From Bythopirellula sp. (lineage in GTDB: Bacteria > Planctomycetota > Planctomycetia > Pirellulales > Lacipirellulaceae): a stretch of DNA of 64,000 nucleotides. The position numbers and the translations under genes are program-made. The stretch is taken from NCBI GenBank assembly GCA_965216565.1, contig OZ244170.1, forward strand, positions 1,952,001-2,016,000. Direction: 5' to 3'. This document shows, one piece after another, positions 16,868 to 26,391 of this stretch. The notes under the pieces are model-generated. The model ran no database searches. It was not told the origin of the DNA and saw nothing but the letters and a program-made list of their open reading frames with translations. Position 1 is the first letter of the stretch. The number at the start of each line of letters is the position of its first letter.

Positions 16868-18522
16868 TATTCAACTCCCCCAAGGATATTTAGAGATTTG
16901 TGGAGGTGCGTTTGAACCTTGTTCTCCATCAAACCTATCAACTCGTTGTTCCCGCCGATTGATGTCCCAGATTTTGGAGCCGCTGCTGCGGGGGCCGAGT
17001 TCGATTGATTGTATTTCGACTCCCAGACGGCACGATCTGCGTTGTTGACGACTCCATCGTAGTTAAAATCTCCATCAGCAACCGAGGTGCCATCGTTCTT
17101 GCCGAGGCCCTTCTGCCACTCCATAAAATCGAGGCCGTCTACTCGTCCATCGTTGTTGGCATCGGCATTAAACTCCACATCGAGATTCCGGAACGCAACC
17201 TCATCGAGATGAACCGCCCCTCCCTCGTTATTAGGCTGAGTGAAGACTAATGCTAAGCGAGCCTCGACAGCACCTGTGGGGACGGTATCTGTGATCGTGT
17301 GGGAATGCCACTGGTCATTGGCAGTGTTTCCATCAGCGATTTTGATGGATTTCGAACTAATGTAAGCAGACGAGCCAAACCGTGCGCCCGGTTCGCTGTA
17401 GTAATCTATTTTCATATCCACGTGGTTCTTAGTGTCAGAAATCGAATCCGTGCCGCGGATATAAGCCTTCACCGAAGCAGATAGCGAATCGCCCGGCGAA
17501 ACACTGATCGCCTGGGCTACGCCCGAGTGGTTTTCTTCTCCACTCGACTGACCGAACAGCTTAAGTGCTATCGCGCCATCGCTGACAGATTCGTTATGCA
17601 CTTGGACATTGGGACTCTCTTGAATCTTGTTACCGAAAGTGGACCAGTTCTTGAGCGATCCGCCGTCCGCCTCGAAACCGCCATTCTTAAACACTACCGG
17701 AGAGGCATCTTTCGCCCGTTCGTAAACTCGAACGTAGTCGACAAGCATCTGCTGAGGCCAGCTACTACTAGGCCCGGGCTGAGCGTCTTTCAAAAACTCA
17801 CCGCCCACTGCCACGTTCAGCTGCACTTCGACGGGAGCTGTTTGGCTCGATAGAAATCCACCTACCTCGGCATCGTAAATTGTGAAGTAATGCACGTCGT
17901 CGACGAAGAACCGAAGCTTCTTTTCGTCCCACTCAACTGCATAGACGTGAAACTCTTTGTGAAAATTCTCAAGCTCGCCCAGAACCGAAGTCCGCTGCTC
18001 GTCGAATAAGAATTTCCGTTTCTTCGGACCGGGGCCGTAGTGAAAGGCGCTACTGGTGAGATGCGGCTGATTGCCACGGTTCTCCATGATGTCGATCTCA
18101 CCCTGCGTGGGCCAGGGGTGCTTTTTGGTGTCGGGTAGCAACCAGATCGCTGGCCAGGTGCCCAGCGTGCCGGGGAGTTTGGCACGAACTTCCCAGCGAC
18201 CGTGTCGCTTGGTCCATTTGCTTTCAACTTTGCCGGAGGTGAAGGCCTTGCCGCCATACTCTTTGGTGATAGCAGTTAGTGCCAAATGGCCCTCGGACAC
18301 AGAAACCTGAGACGGATGATAGGCCTGACGCTCATTGTTGTGAGGAGTCGTCCAATCGATGGCTTCCCACTTCGTGGTGTCGAGAGAATCACCCTCGAAT
18401 TCATCGCTCCACACTTTATGCCAACCAGGAGGGGCAGCAATTGCGGGGATGTCTTGCTGGAACAACGCCCCCCCAAAGCAAAGAATCAAACCAATGACTA
18501 TCCGCTGACCCAACTGATTCAT
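16867..18522 (-). CDS. GH16 endo-beta-1,3-glucanase (laminarinase-like) with CBM-like and dockerin-like domains
   Basis: WSDEF, WPAIWLL, catalytic GEIDIMEN, DYVRVY; then a NGGFE CBM-like sandwich and DANNDGRVDGLDF repeats. Confidence 0.9.
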   Translation of the reverse strand: MNQLGQRIVIGLILCFGGALFQQDIPAIAAPPGWHKVWSDEFEGDSLDTTKWEAIDWTTPHNNERQAYHPSQVSVSEGHLALTAITKEYGGKAFTSGKVESKWTKRHGRWEVRAKLPGTLGTWPAIWLLPDTKKHPWPTQGEIDIMENRGNQPHLTSSAFHYGPGPKKRKFLFDEQRTSVLGELENFHKEFHVYAVEWDEKKLRFFVDDVHYFTIYDAEVGGFLSSQTAPVEVQLNVAVGGEFLKDAQPGPSSSWPQQMLVDYVRVYERAKDASPVVFKNGGFEADGGSLKNWSTFGNKIQESPNVQVHNESVSDGAIALKLFGQSSGEENHSGVAQAISVSPGDSLSASVKAYIRGTDSISDTKNHVDMKIDYYSEPGARFGSSAYISSKSIKIADGNTANDQWHSHTITDTVPTGAVEARLALVFTQPNNEGGAVHLDEVAFRNLDVEFNADANNDGRVDGLDFMEWQKGLGKNDGTSVADGDFNYDGVVNNADRAVWESKYNQSNSAPAAAAPKSGTSIGGNNELIGLMENKVQTHLHKSLNILGGVE

Positions 18523-18725
18523 AGTTGCCTATCTCGAAGTACTTTCTAAAGTCCGTGGAATCGGTAATGAATTTCTAGATTAAACGCTGCTACCGGGTAA
18601 CACCCGAAGCGTGATTCCGTTCCATCAACAAATACGACGGCATTGTCGATTCTTCCAGAAATCCTGAGTTTTCTTCCCTTTAGCCGAGATCAATATCTTG
18701 GCTGACGAAAACAACAGCGTTCGCC

Positions 18726-19223
18726 CTAAGGCAAACTCCTTGCAGGTTCACTCGAGACGCCCTTGCCGGCCCACAGCTGGTCGTACTCCGCACCATCGAC
18801 TTCGCGTGTTTCCATGTTCAGGAAGCCAACCATGCGAGTTCCGTCGACACCGGTCGACTCGAAAACAACCGGTTCAGAACTGCCCATAGCACTGCCCTTA
18901 ACCGAAAAACGTATCTTGAATGGCTCATTGTCACGCGAACTGACGAAGAGGGCGTCGATCGAGCTAGGATCGATACCAATCCGTTGCAGCTTTTCCGGTT
19001 TGACACTCGAGATGAACTCTTTGAATTTATTTTCGTTCTTCGGTCCCTTCCAGTTATGTTTCATCTGGTAAGCAAGATAAAGGTTAGACAGCCGCTTGAG
19101 GTTCGAGTCGTTCGCCCGGGCGATTGCCTCACTAGTATCAATTTCACTCATGCAACCTGCCAGGCTACTTAAGAGTAGTGAACAAGCGATTGCACGAACT
19201 GTGACCGAATGCGTTTTAGCCAT
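18726..19223 (-). CDS. Hypothetical lipoprotein following DUF1559 gene
   Basis: Lipobox LAGC after a hydrophobic stretch; start placed at ATG 19223. Confidence 0.7.
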   Translation of the reverse strand: MAKTHSVTVRAIACSLLLSSLAGCMSEIDTSEAIARANDSNLKRLSNLYLAYQMKHNWKGPKNENKFKEFISSVKPEKLQRIGIDPSSIDALFVSSRDNEPFKIRFSVKGSAMGSSEPVVFESTGVDGTRMVGFLNMETREVDGAEYDQLWAGKGVSSEPARSLP

Positions 19224-19311
19224 GAAATCTTCGAACGTCCTATTTAATTGACGGTGTGCTGACAATTCAATCAACAGATTGAACCATCGTCCGTTGAGCC
19301 AACCTGACTCA

Positions 19312-20346
19312 TTACAAATTATTCAAATCTACGATTGCACCATCGGAACGCTTTCCGAGTTGATCGAGCAATATCAAGTCCGCGTCACTCGAGAGAGTTT
19401 GGGTAGAGCCATCGCCAAACACGGTTACAAAAACTCCTGGGTGGGCAGAGCCGAAGCCAAATTCTTCACCCTGAGATCGAGTTCGCGGTTCGTTGTCTGA
19501 CAATACAGGAAGCTCTTCGCCACTACCACCATTCGTTAATGCTCCGAACTGGCGCATGATAGGCCAGTCGGCGCCGGTGTAATACCCGTAGAGTTCCCAG
19601 AAGGGGAATGGGCTGGTCGATTCGAGTGAGTAGGCGTCGGATCTTACTGCTTTCTCTGCGAGCAGCATCGTATTGGATGATCCATCTTCAATCGCATTGA
19701 AGCTGACTTTCTGGAACTTCCATACCTTGCCGTTATTCGTGTTGACATGCCCACCCTTGGTGAGGATCCCGGTCCAAACTGTAGTTTCTTCATTGACCTC
19801 CGGATCACCCTGATTCACCCCTTTGGGCGGCTTACTTATTTGCCATTCAAAACCTGTCCAGCCCGGATCATTCCAGCTTGCCATCACACCTGCGTAGTCG
19901 CCGACTCGGTATAGATCGGTGCCGTTAATCACCCATCTGTTGTCACGGGTCGGACAATTGAACGCAGAAACTGGTGTTTCGATCATCCCGCTATCGATGA
20001 AACTTGGATTGCCACCATTTTCGCGGAGGTCCGCAATATTTTGCAGTTCCAGGTAAGGCAGTATCTGGTACATCCAGCTGCCGGTTTCGTATCCGGTTTT
20101 ATTTTGGTTGAAAAACTGCTCGACCGCTCCACCTGCAGAGGGAAAGTGGCCCTTGGCAGACTCAAAGTTCATGCAAGCCAATCCGAGCTGCTTCATGTTG
20201 TTCGTGCACTGGGCACGGCGGGCTGCTTCGCGAGCTGCTTGTACTGCGGGAAGCAACAGGGCTACCAAGACGCCAATAATGGCAATCACGACGAGCAGTT
20301 CCACCAGGGTGAAGCCCGCAACAGATTTATTACGCTTTACTGACAT
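19312..20346 (-). CDS. DUF1559 prepilin-type N-terminal cleavage/methylation protein
   Basis: [41 protein letters not shown]-terminal H-X9-DG ([14 protein letters not shown]). Confidence 0.95.
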   Translation of the reverse strand: MSVKRNKSVAGFTLVELLVVIAIIGVLVALLLPAVQAAREAARRAQCTNNMKQLGLACMNFESAKGHFPSAGGAVEQFFNQNKTGYETGSWMYQILPYLELQNIADLRENGGNPSFIDSGMIETPVSAFNCPTRDNRWVINGTDLYRVGDYAGVMASWNDPGWTGFEWQISKPPKGVNQGDPEVNEETTVWTGILTKGGHVNTNNGKVWKFQKVSFNAIEDGSSNTMLLAEKAVRSDAYSLESTSPFPFWELYGYYTGADWPIMRQFGALTNGGSGEELPVLSDNEPRTRSQGEEFGFGSAHPGVFVTVFGDGSTQTLSSDADLILLDQLGKRSDGAIVDLNNL

Positions 20347-20390
20347 CTTATTCTTTCCTTAAAAATATATGCCCTAAATATGATATGACA

Positions 20391-20421
20391 GTGGGCCCGA
20401 TCCGGACGGGATCGGACCCAC
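20391..20421 (-). terminator. GC-rich stem-loop downstream of PEP-CTERM gene (terminator or mRNA stabiliser)
   Basis: GTGGGCCCGATCC...GGATCGGACCCAC inverted repeat with one mismatch; no clear U-tract. Confidence 0.5.
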
Positions 20422-20462
20422 GTAACGAGTCTACTCTAATGAGGGTCGCTTATCGACTCCGA

Positions 20463-22130
20463 CTAGCGGTTACGTCGACGCATCAACAATCCGGCAGCCA
20501 GCGAACCCAATAGTAAAGTTGAGGGTTCTGGAACAGCAGTAACGGCTGACGCGAGTGGCGACGTGCCATACTGGGCTTCGTAGATTGCCAGGTCAGCGCT
20601 ACCTACCGTTCCATCGCCATTGGCATCGCCATTGGAGTTGTCGATCTGGCCGGTCAAACCCAGATTCTGCTGAAGAATCAGGAAGTCCAAACCGCTCACA
20701 ACACCGTCGCCATCGAAGTCGGCATTGTCGAGCGAGACTACCGCATCGTCGAAGGAGACGTTGTCGATGAAAATACCGGTCGGTGCAAAGTTGCTCGACC
20801 GATTGGTGATACCGAACTGAATGAGATGACCAACAAAGTTGGGGTCGATATCAAACAGCACCGAGCCAGACGTCCAGGACGAACTGGACAATCCCAGCGT
20901 GGAGGCGTCGAGCAAGCTCTCGGCACTAGTCACGAATCCATTGTTCGGATCGATCGTTCGGATATAGAACTGAGCAAAGGATTGGTTCGGATCGTAGGCA
21001 GCATTAGGATCGGTGGGTAGAGTCGCGTCAAACTTGAACTCTACTTGTCGGCCAGCGTCCGCAGAACCAACAAGAAGCTCTTGAAAAATGCTGCTCTCAA
21101 CGATATCTGTGCCATTGAAGTGGCCTTGGTTGGTGGTTCCTGGTCCGCAACAGTTGTAATCGCTAAACGTGTTGAGGTATTGGACACCTTGGCTAGGGCC
21201 TGCTTGACCGCTGGCTACGCTAGAGAAACCGCTGCCACCGTTCGGTGCTCCGAATGGACCATACTGGAACTGGAAATTGTTACCGCTATCAAACACGGCC
21301 CCGAAGCCTCTCCAACCATCATTGTTGAGGGCTTCAGGATTAGCAGCGACTGTTCCAGTCTCCGCTTCGAAGTCTTGAGTATAGGAACCGAAAGTGTCAT
21401 TGATGCTAAAGTCGACCACGTCGTAGCCGACGCCTGAAGCTTCGAAACCGGAGGCCCAGTTGTCGAATCCAAACTGCAGCAAGTCTCCCTGGAGATCACT
21501 AGTAATCGGCAGGCTTAGGGTCATCTGCACAAAGTTGTTCGGGTCGGAATCCAACGCAGTGGTTTCCACCGAATATTTTGCCTTCGTGAAGAAGAAGGTC
21601 GGATCCAAGGATTTAATAAAGGCATTGGCCTTGGTGCTTGTGGCTGTAATATCAGCTTGAGCATCCTTATGAGCCAAGAAACTAAACTTGGCCGTCTTAC
21701 CAACGTCTGAGGCGGCGATGAATTGCTCGCGGAAGACTAGAGACTCGATTCGATCGTTGGGATCTCCGTGGTCACCATTCTGGTAATCGCTAATCACAAC
21801 AAGTTCTTGGTCCCCTTGAGGAGGCGTGCCCTCGAAGGATGTAGTCTTGATGAGGGAGAACGCAGCGAAAGAAGGATTGTTGGGAGCCGGAAAAGAGAAG
21901 TAGTTGTATCGAAGAACCGTGGTGTCGGCTCCAAGATAGGTGCCGGGATCTGAGGCAAAAACATTGGCGCCGACCAACCAACCATCATGAAGGGTATTCG
22001 GATCTGTCTGTACAGTTCCGGGCAGCTCAAAATCTCGAGAATAAGGCACTAGCTGCGCCATGGCTGACGCTGCATGGAAACCGACGACGGCCGCACTGAT
22101 TGCCAGTGCAAAATTTAGTGAATTGCGCAT
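20463..22130 (-). CDS. PEP-CTERM surface protein with two tandem beta-rich domains and a dockerin-like repeat
   Basis: RBS AGGAG before ATG 22130, signal peptide, internal duplication, DFDGDGVVSGLDF repeat, VPEPSTLLL...RRRNR tail. Confidence 0.85.
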   Translation of the reverse strand: MRNSLNFALAISAAVVGFHAASAMAQLVPYSRDFELPGTVQTDPNTLHDGWLVGANVFASDPGTYLGADTTVLRYNYFSFPAPNNPSFAAFSLIKTTSFEGTPPQGDQELVVISDYQNGDHGDPNDRIESLVFREQFIAASDVGKTAKFSFLAHKDAQADITATSTKANAFIKSLDPTFFFTKAKYSVETTALDSDPNNFVQMTLSLPITSDLQGDLLQFGFDNWASGFEASGVGYDVVDFSINDTFGSYTQDFEAETGTVAANPEALNNDGWRGFGAVFDSGNNFQFQYGPFGAPNGGSGFSSVASGQAGPSQGVQYLNTFSDYNCCGPGTTNQGHFNGTDIVESSIFQELLVGSADAGRQVEFKFDATLPTDPNAAYDPNQSFAQFYIRTIDPNNGFVTSAESLLDASTLGLSSSSWTSGSVLFDIDPNFVGHLIQFGITNRSSNFAPTGIFIDNVSFDDAVVSLDNADFDGDGVVSGLDFLILQQNLGLTGQIDNSNGDANGDGTVGSADLAIYEAQYGTSPLASAVTAVPEPSTLLLGSLAAGLLMRRRNR

Positions 22131-22343
22131 GGGTCTCTCCTGTGAAAACTTCATCCTGGTATTACTCGTTAATGAATAGATCGATCGCCCGAAGCATGCC
22201 AAGATTTCTGGCATGGCTCCGACTATCTCGCGCCGAACAACGCTAGTTGTGGTCTCTGCAAAAGCAGCACCGCTGCCCCATAGAAATGGGTGCCGCCTGT
22301 CCCGCCCCAAGCCTCCTCGAATCTGCTCAGTCTTGGCGGCAAT

Positions 22344-22385
22344 CCTCGGGCGCGAGCGAGGGGGGGATACGCTCTACGCCCGAGG
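22344..22385 (-). other. Stem-loop in the intergenic region between two PEP-CTERM genes
   Basis: CCTCGGGCGCGAGCG...CGCTCTACGCCCGAGG imperfect inverted repeat. Confidence 0.55.
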
Positions 22386-22450
22386 GTCTACCGTTGCCTT
22401 CTTTTGCAATCTTAATCAGTCTGCATACCGCCTAAGATCGCGAACATCTT

Positions 22451-23119
22451 CTACTTTCTGCGACGTCCACCGAGCATGGCAATCACGCCCAGGCCAGCCA
22501 AGGCGATGGTGCCTGGTTCTGGAATGGCGGTGAATGACGAAGCATCGACGAACAAGTTTCCAGGGGTTCCGCTAGCGCTGAACGTTTCAACCGCGATAAC
22601 TCCCCGACCCGAAACTGCACCAACAGGTGCGGTGTGTGTTTGCGAGAAAGGCTGGTACGAAGTTGTCAGTGAACCCGCGATGGATTGGTTGTTATCGAAC
22701 TGGCCACCGACAAAGTTTCCACCACCATCTAGCCATTCAATGCGAAACTCAGCACCCATTGGGAATGGAGCGCCACTGTTGGACTTAGCGTCGAAAGCGA
22801 ATGTGTAATCAATACCAGCAGTCACTGGAACACTCTGTTGAACACCAGAAAATCCAGCTGCTGTGCCGTCGTTAGCAATGCTCAAGTGATGTGCGCCATC
22901 GCTAGGCATGATGGTGCCGCTGTAACCAGCATCAACTGTGCTAAATGTACCAGTGGAACCGGCACCGAAAAATGCAAACCAGTTTGGTAGGCTCGGATCG
23001 CCATACTCGAGTACGGACTCGAAGCTGGCGTTGTTGAATAAGTTAGCGGAAGCCGATTTGGCAGAAACTGCCAAGGCGACAACTGCCAGTGCAACGGTAA
23101 AGAATTTAACGACCTTCAT
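22451..23119 (-). CDS. PEP-CTERM protein with CBM-like (CBM4/16-type) domain
   Basis: Signal peptide, NLFNNASFE...GVQQSV...APVGAV, IPEPGT + TM + RRRK tail; RBS GAGGGAG. Confidence 0.85.
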   Translation of the reverse strand: MKVVKFFTVALAVVALAVSAKSASANLFNNASFESVLEYGDPSLPNWFAFFGAGSTGTFSTVDAGYSGTIMPSDGAHHLSIANDGTAAGFSGVQQSVPVTAGIDYTFAFDAKSNSGAPFPMGAEFRIEWLDGGGNFVGGQFDNNQSIAGSLTTSYQPFSQTHTAPVGAVSGRGVIAVETFSASGTPGNLFVDASSFTAIPEPGTIALAGLGVIAMLGGRRRK

Positions 23120-23269
23120 TAGTCACTCCCTCAATAAAAAGAAACAGAAAAGTAATGGAAGGCGGTGCCCCATCCGCCACGTAATGTGAATTCAAATCAC
23201 GGTCTCGAAACAATCTCTCTTGGAGCCCTCCAAGTTGCTAGTGGAATAGTAGTCGCCCGAACGGGCCTG

Positions 23270-23295
23270 TGAAACTGTTTCAGTGACAGTTTCCA
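23270..23295. promoter_or_regulatory. Putative LacI-family operator upstream of the beta-glucan operon
   Basis: Palindrome TGAAAC-T-GTTTCA (23270-23282) plus adjacent partial copy GTGACAGTTTCCA. Confidence 0.65.
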
Positions 23296-23478
23296 ATATG
23301 TCCGATTTTTCTAATAAGTCAAGCAATACTGTGGAAAATTTTCGGAATGTTCCTGAGGACCTAAGAGCAGCCCTCACGCTTCTATTATTACCAAATGGGC
23401 CAATAACGGAAAGGAAAAGTAGACCTCATACAATGAAAACTTGTTACACGTGGTTTACAGGGACCAATGAACCGTTTG

Positions 23479-24576
23479 CTAAGTTACCGCGGTCTGTTTC
23501 GCTGGAATTTCTGTCTGCATCATTAACCTGGTTCCATCGGGCAACACTCTGGCCGTTAGCTCTGCTGGGGGGCCAGTCGTCTGGTTGAGTTCGAGCCAAG
23601 TGCTAGCCGCGGTGGCCTGATGCGATTCTCTGCAACTACTGCTCTGTACGAACTGGGCCAGTCTTGAAAAGGCCTCTTTTCCCAATTCAACCGCATTTTG
23701 GCAAATTGCGGTTAGCTTCGGATAAACGTAATCCCGGCTGTCGCGGTCATCGAATCCTAGAACCGACAAGTCCCGCGGTATCTCGAGGTTCATATTGCGA
23801 GCTTCATTCAGCAAACCAACTGCTACCGAAGGGTCGGTCACGTATACCGCCGTCGGCGGTTTAGGGATGCTCATCATATTCCGTAAAAGTTGGGCACCGT
23901 CGGAACGATGTGCCGGTATCCGAAATAGAAGCTCGGGATCGACCGTAAGACCGGCAGCTTCGATGGCATCGCAGTAGCCGCGATACCGGTCCGCGTGATC
24001 TCCATCTTCGAATTTATTCGAAGCCAGAGCAATGCGCTGATGTCCCAGCGAGAGTAGATGCTGGATGCCTTGTTTGCTGGTTGTATACGAGTCTGCATAG
24101 ACGAAACTGAGCGTATCATGCTCAAAATGATCTCCCACAACGACGGCAGGAAAGTTTTCCGCCGCGATCGCTTCGCAAACAGCGCGTCCCTCTACAGTGG
24201 AGCGGAGCACCACGCCCCGTACGCCCTTGCGGAGGAAATATTGGGTATAGGTCTCGTCCGAGCCACGATCACGCGTTGGATTCAGTACCACAAGATCGAA
24301 ATCCAGAGCGTCCATCGCCTGGCCCATTCCCTCGATCAAAGCCATATCGTAGGACGAACCCAAAGAAAACGGTCCCGTGTAGACTAGTGCCAGAAAGGAG
24401 GTCGTTCGCCGACTAACGGTAGGCACATAGCCACAATGGTTAATTGCATCGAGAACCTTCGTGCGAACGTTTTCGCTCACCGCAGGATTGTTGTTGATCA
24501 CCCGGGAAACAGTGGCGATTGAGACCCCGGCGTTTTCTGCAACTTGGCGTATAGTTGGCACTTGAATCGACTCCAT
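23479..24576 (-). CDS. LacI family transcriptional regulator
   Basis: HTH PTIRQVAENAGVSIATVSRVIN; sugar-binding domain ending DLSVLGFDD. Confidence 0.95.
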   Translation of the reverse strand: MESIQVPTIRQVAENAGVSIATVSRVINNNPAVSENVRTKVLDAINHCGYVPTVSRRTTSFLALVYTGPFSLGSSYDMALIEGMGQAMDALDFDLVVLNPTRDRGSDETYTQYFLRKGVRGVVLRSTVEGRAVCEAIAAENFPAVVVGDHFEHDTLSFVYADSYTTSKQGIQHLLSLGHQRIALASNKFEDGDHADRYRGYCDAIEAAGLTVDPELLFRIPAHRSDGAQLLRNMMSIPKPPTAVYVTDPSVAVGLLNEARNMNLEIPRDLSVLGFDDRDSRDYVYPKLTAICQNAVELGKEAFSRLAQFVQSSSCRESHQATAASTWLELNQTTGPPAELTARVLPDGTRLMMQTEIPAKQTAVT

Positions 24577-24584
24577 TGGCCCTA

Positions 24585-24597
24585 TGAAACAGTTTCT
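24585..24597. promoter_or_regulatory. Putative LacI operator in the lacI/MFS divergent promoter region
   Basis: GAAACAGTTTC (24586-24596) is the exact reverse complement of the core at 23271-23281. Confidence 0.62.
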
Positions 24598-24709
24598 GTA
24601 TGCTGTTTCTCAGTCTAACCACGGTCGAGAATCTGTCAAATTACGATTTCCACGCATTTAGGCCGATTCCCGCTGAAAATAGACTTTCAGACCAGATGAT
24701 TCAGATCCC

Positions 24710-26176
24710 TTGGACGCCTCGACAGTGAGCAGTACGACGAAAACCTTGAAAAACCAGGAAATGGGCGATCGGATCTCACTGGTCCAGAAGTTGGCCTATT
24801 CGTCGGGCGTGCTGGTGAACAACCTGCAGGCGGCCGCCGTTCCGGCGATGGTCGTCATTCTGAACCTCGGGCTGGGCGTGTCTCCCGAGTGGGTGGGGAT
24901 TATCGTCTTCGTCCCCCGGATGGTCGACGCCCTAACGGACCCCATCGTGGGCTATATCTCCGATAACACGCGTACTCGCTGGGGGCGCCGGAGGCCTTAC
25001 ATCTTTGTTGGTGCCCTGTTGGCTGGCGTCCTCTTTGCTTCGATGTGGCAGGTTCCGTCTGGCCATTCTCAGAATTTCTATATCACGACGTTCATCTTCG
25101 CCTTTATTTGCTATTTCTTTTCCTACTCGCTCTTCGCAACTCCCCTGGTTGCGTTCGGGTATGAAATGACGCCCGACTACCACGAGCGGACCCGCCTGCA
25201 TGCCTTCGCCAATACTATTGGCCAGCTACCTTGGCTAGGCGTGCATTGGTTCTACGCCATCATGGCCAACAAGAATTATTTCGCCGACGAAGCCGAAGGG
25301 GCTCGCTATCTGTCCATCTATGTGGGTGCGACGATCTGCATCTTCGGCGTATTGCCGGCAATCTTTTGTCGCGAAAGAATCTTGCCCCAGGCTGTTGCTG
25401 TGGGAGAGCCGGGTGAGTTTTGGGGTCGAAAGCTTGTCACACACATCTCACGTTTCTTGGGAGATTTCAAATCAACGTTGTCTTGCCGACCCTTCATGAA
25501 ACTGTGCGCGGCAACTTTCCTCGTCTTCAATGGCTATGGCGTAGGCATTTCATTCACTCTCTATGTACTCATCTATTACGTATTCTCGGGCGACAGAGAG
25601 GCGGCAGGGTTTTTGAACGGTTGGTTCGGAATGATTACCGTGGTGAGCAGCATCATCCTAATCCCGCTCACTGGTTGGATTGCGACGAAGATCGGCAAAC
25701 GCGAAACGCTACTCGCCGCACTCTGCCTTTCTCTGGTCGGTTACAGCTTGAAATGGTTCGGCTTCAGCCCCGACTATCCCTACTTGCTGCTTATCGCATG
25801 CCCATTCATCGCCTGCGGTATCGGCACTCTATTCACGCTGATGAATGCGATGGTGGGCGATGTTTGCGACTACGATGAACTGCAGAGCCACAGCCGCCGC
25901 GAAGGCGTTTTCGGCGCTATCTATTGGTGGATGGTAAAAATCGGCATGGCGTTGGCAGGACTGGTCGCGGGCATCCTGCTGGAAAAGTCTGGCTTCAACG
26001 TCAAGCTGCCGGAGCAGTCGGACAGCACACTCGAGTTAATTCGTTTGATCGACGTCGTGGTGCCTTTCGTGACGACCGCACTCGCGATTTGGATTCTTTC
26101 CACCTACGAGATCACCGAAAGCAAATCCCTCCAGATCCGCCAGCAGCTCGAAGAGAGACGGGGCAAACTGCTCTAG
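24710..26176 (+). CDS. GPH-family (MelB-like) glycoside:cation symporter, MFS
   Basis: DALTDPIVGYISDNTRTRWGRRRPY, DYHERTRL, DVCDYDEL...RREG; start could be ATG 24761. Confidence 0.9.
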   Translation: MDASTVSSTTKTLKNQEMGDRISLVQKLAYSSGVLVNNLQAAAVPAMVVILNLGLGVSPEWVGIIVFVPRMVDALTDPIVGYISDNTRTRWGRRRPYIFVGALLAGVLFASMWQVPSGHSQNFYITTFIFAFICYFFSYSLFATPLVAFGYEMTPDYHERTRLHAFANTIGQLPWLGVHWFYAIMANKNYFADEAEGARYLSIYVGATICIFGVLPAIFCRERILPQAVAVGEPGEFWGRKLVTHISRFLGDFKSTLSCRPFMKLCAATFLVFNGYGVGISFTLYVLIYYVFSGDREAAGFLNGWFGMITVVSSIILIPLTGWIATKIGKRETLLAALCLSLVGYSLKWFGFSPDYPYLLLIACPFIACGIGTLFTLMNAMVGDVCDYDELQSHSRREGVFGAIYWWMVKIGMALAGLVAGILLEKSGFNVKLPEQSDSTLELIRLIDVVVPFVTTALAIWILSTYEITESKSLQIRQQLEERRGKLL

Positions 26177-26391
26177 GCTTCGGCTCCAGGACAACGCCTA
26201 TTCATCCCAGACTTCCCTAAGCACCATTCTTCGAGTATGAATGGCTAAGTTTGCGGATTTCGGTAAGTTTACTGGCAAAGTGCGACGATTACCTGTATCA
26301 GGACCTCCAGGCCCAAGGATCGGTGTACGTACTTCACCTTGGCTACCTACGAGGAGCTTTTCTCGATCATCTTTTCACAATTGAATCCTTC

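Noticed and set aside
22131..22310. N-terminal extensions in the ORF track (also 26251, 29433, 30752, 32855, 35580, 49348, 54181)
   Set aside because: Downstream ATGs have better RBS, signal peptides or stop/start overlaps.
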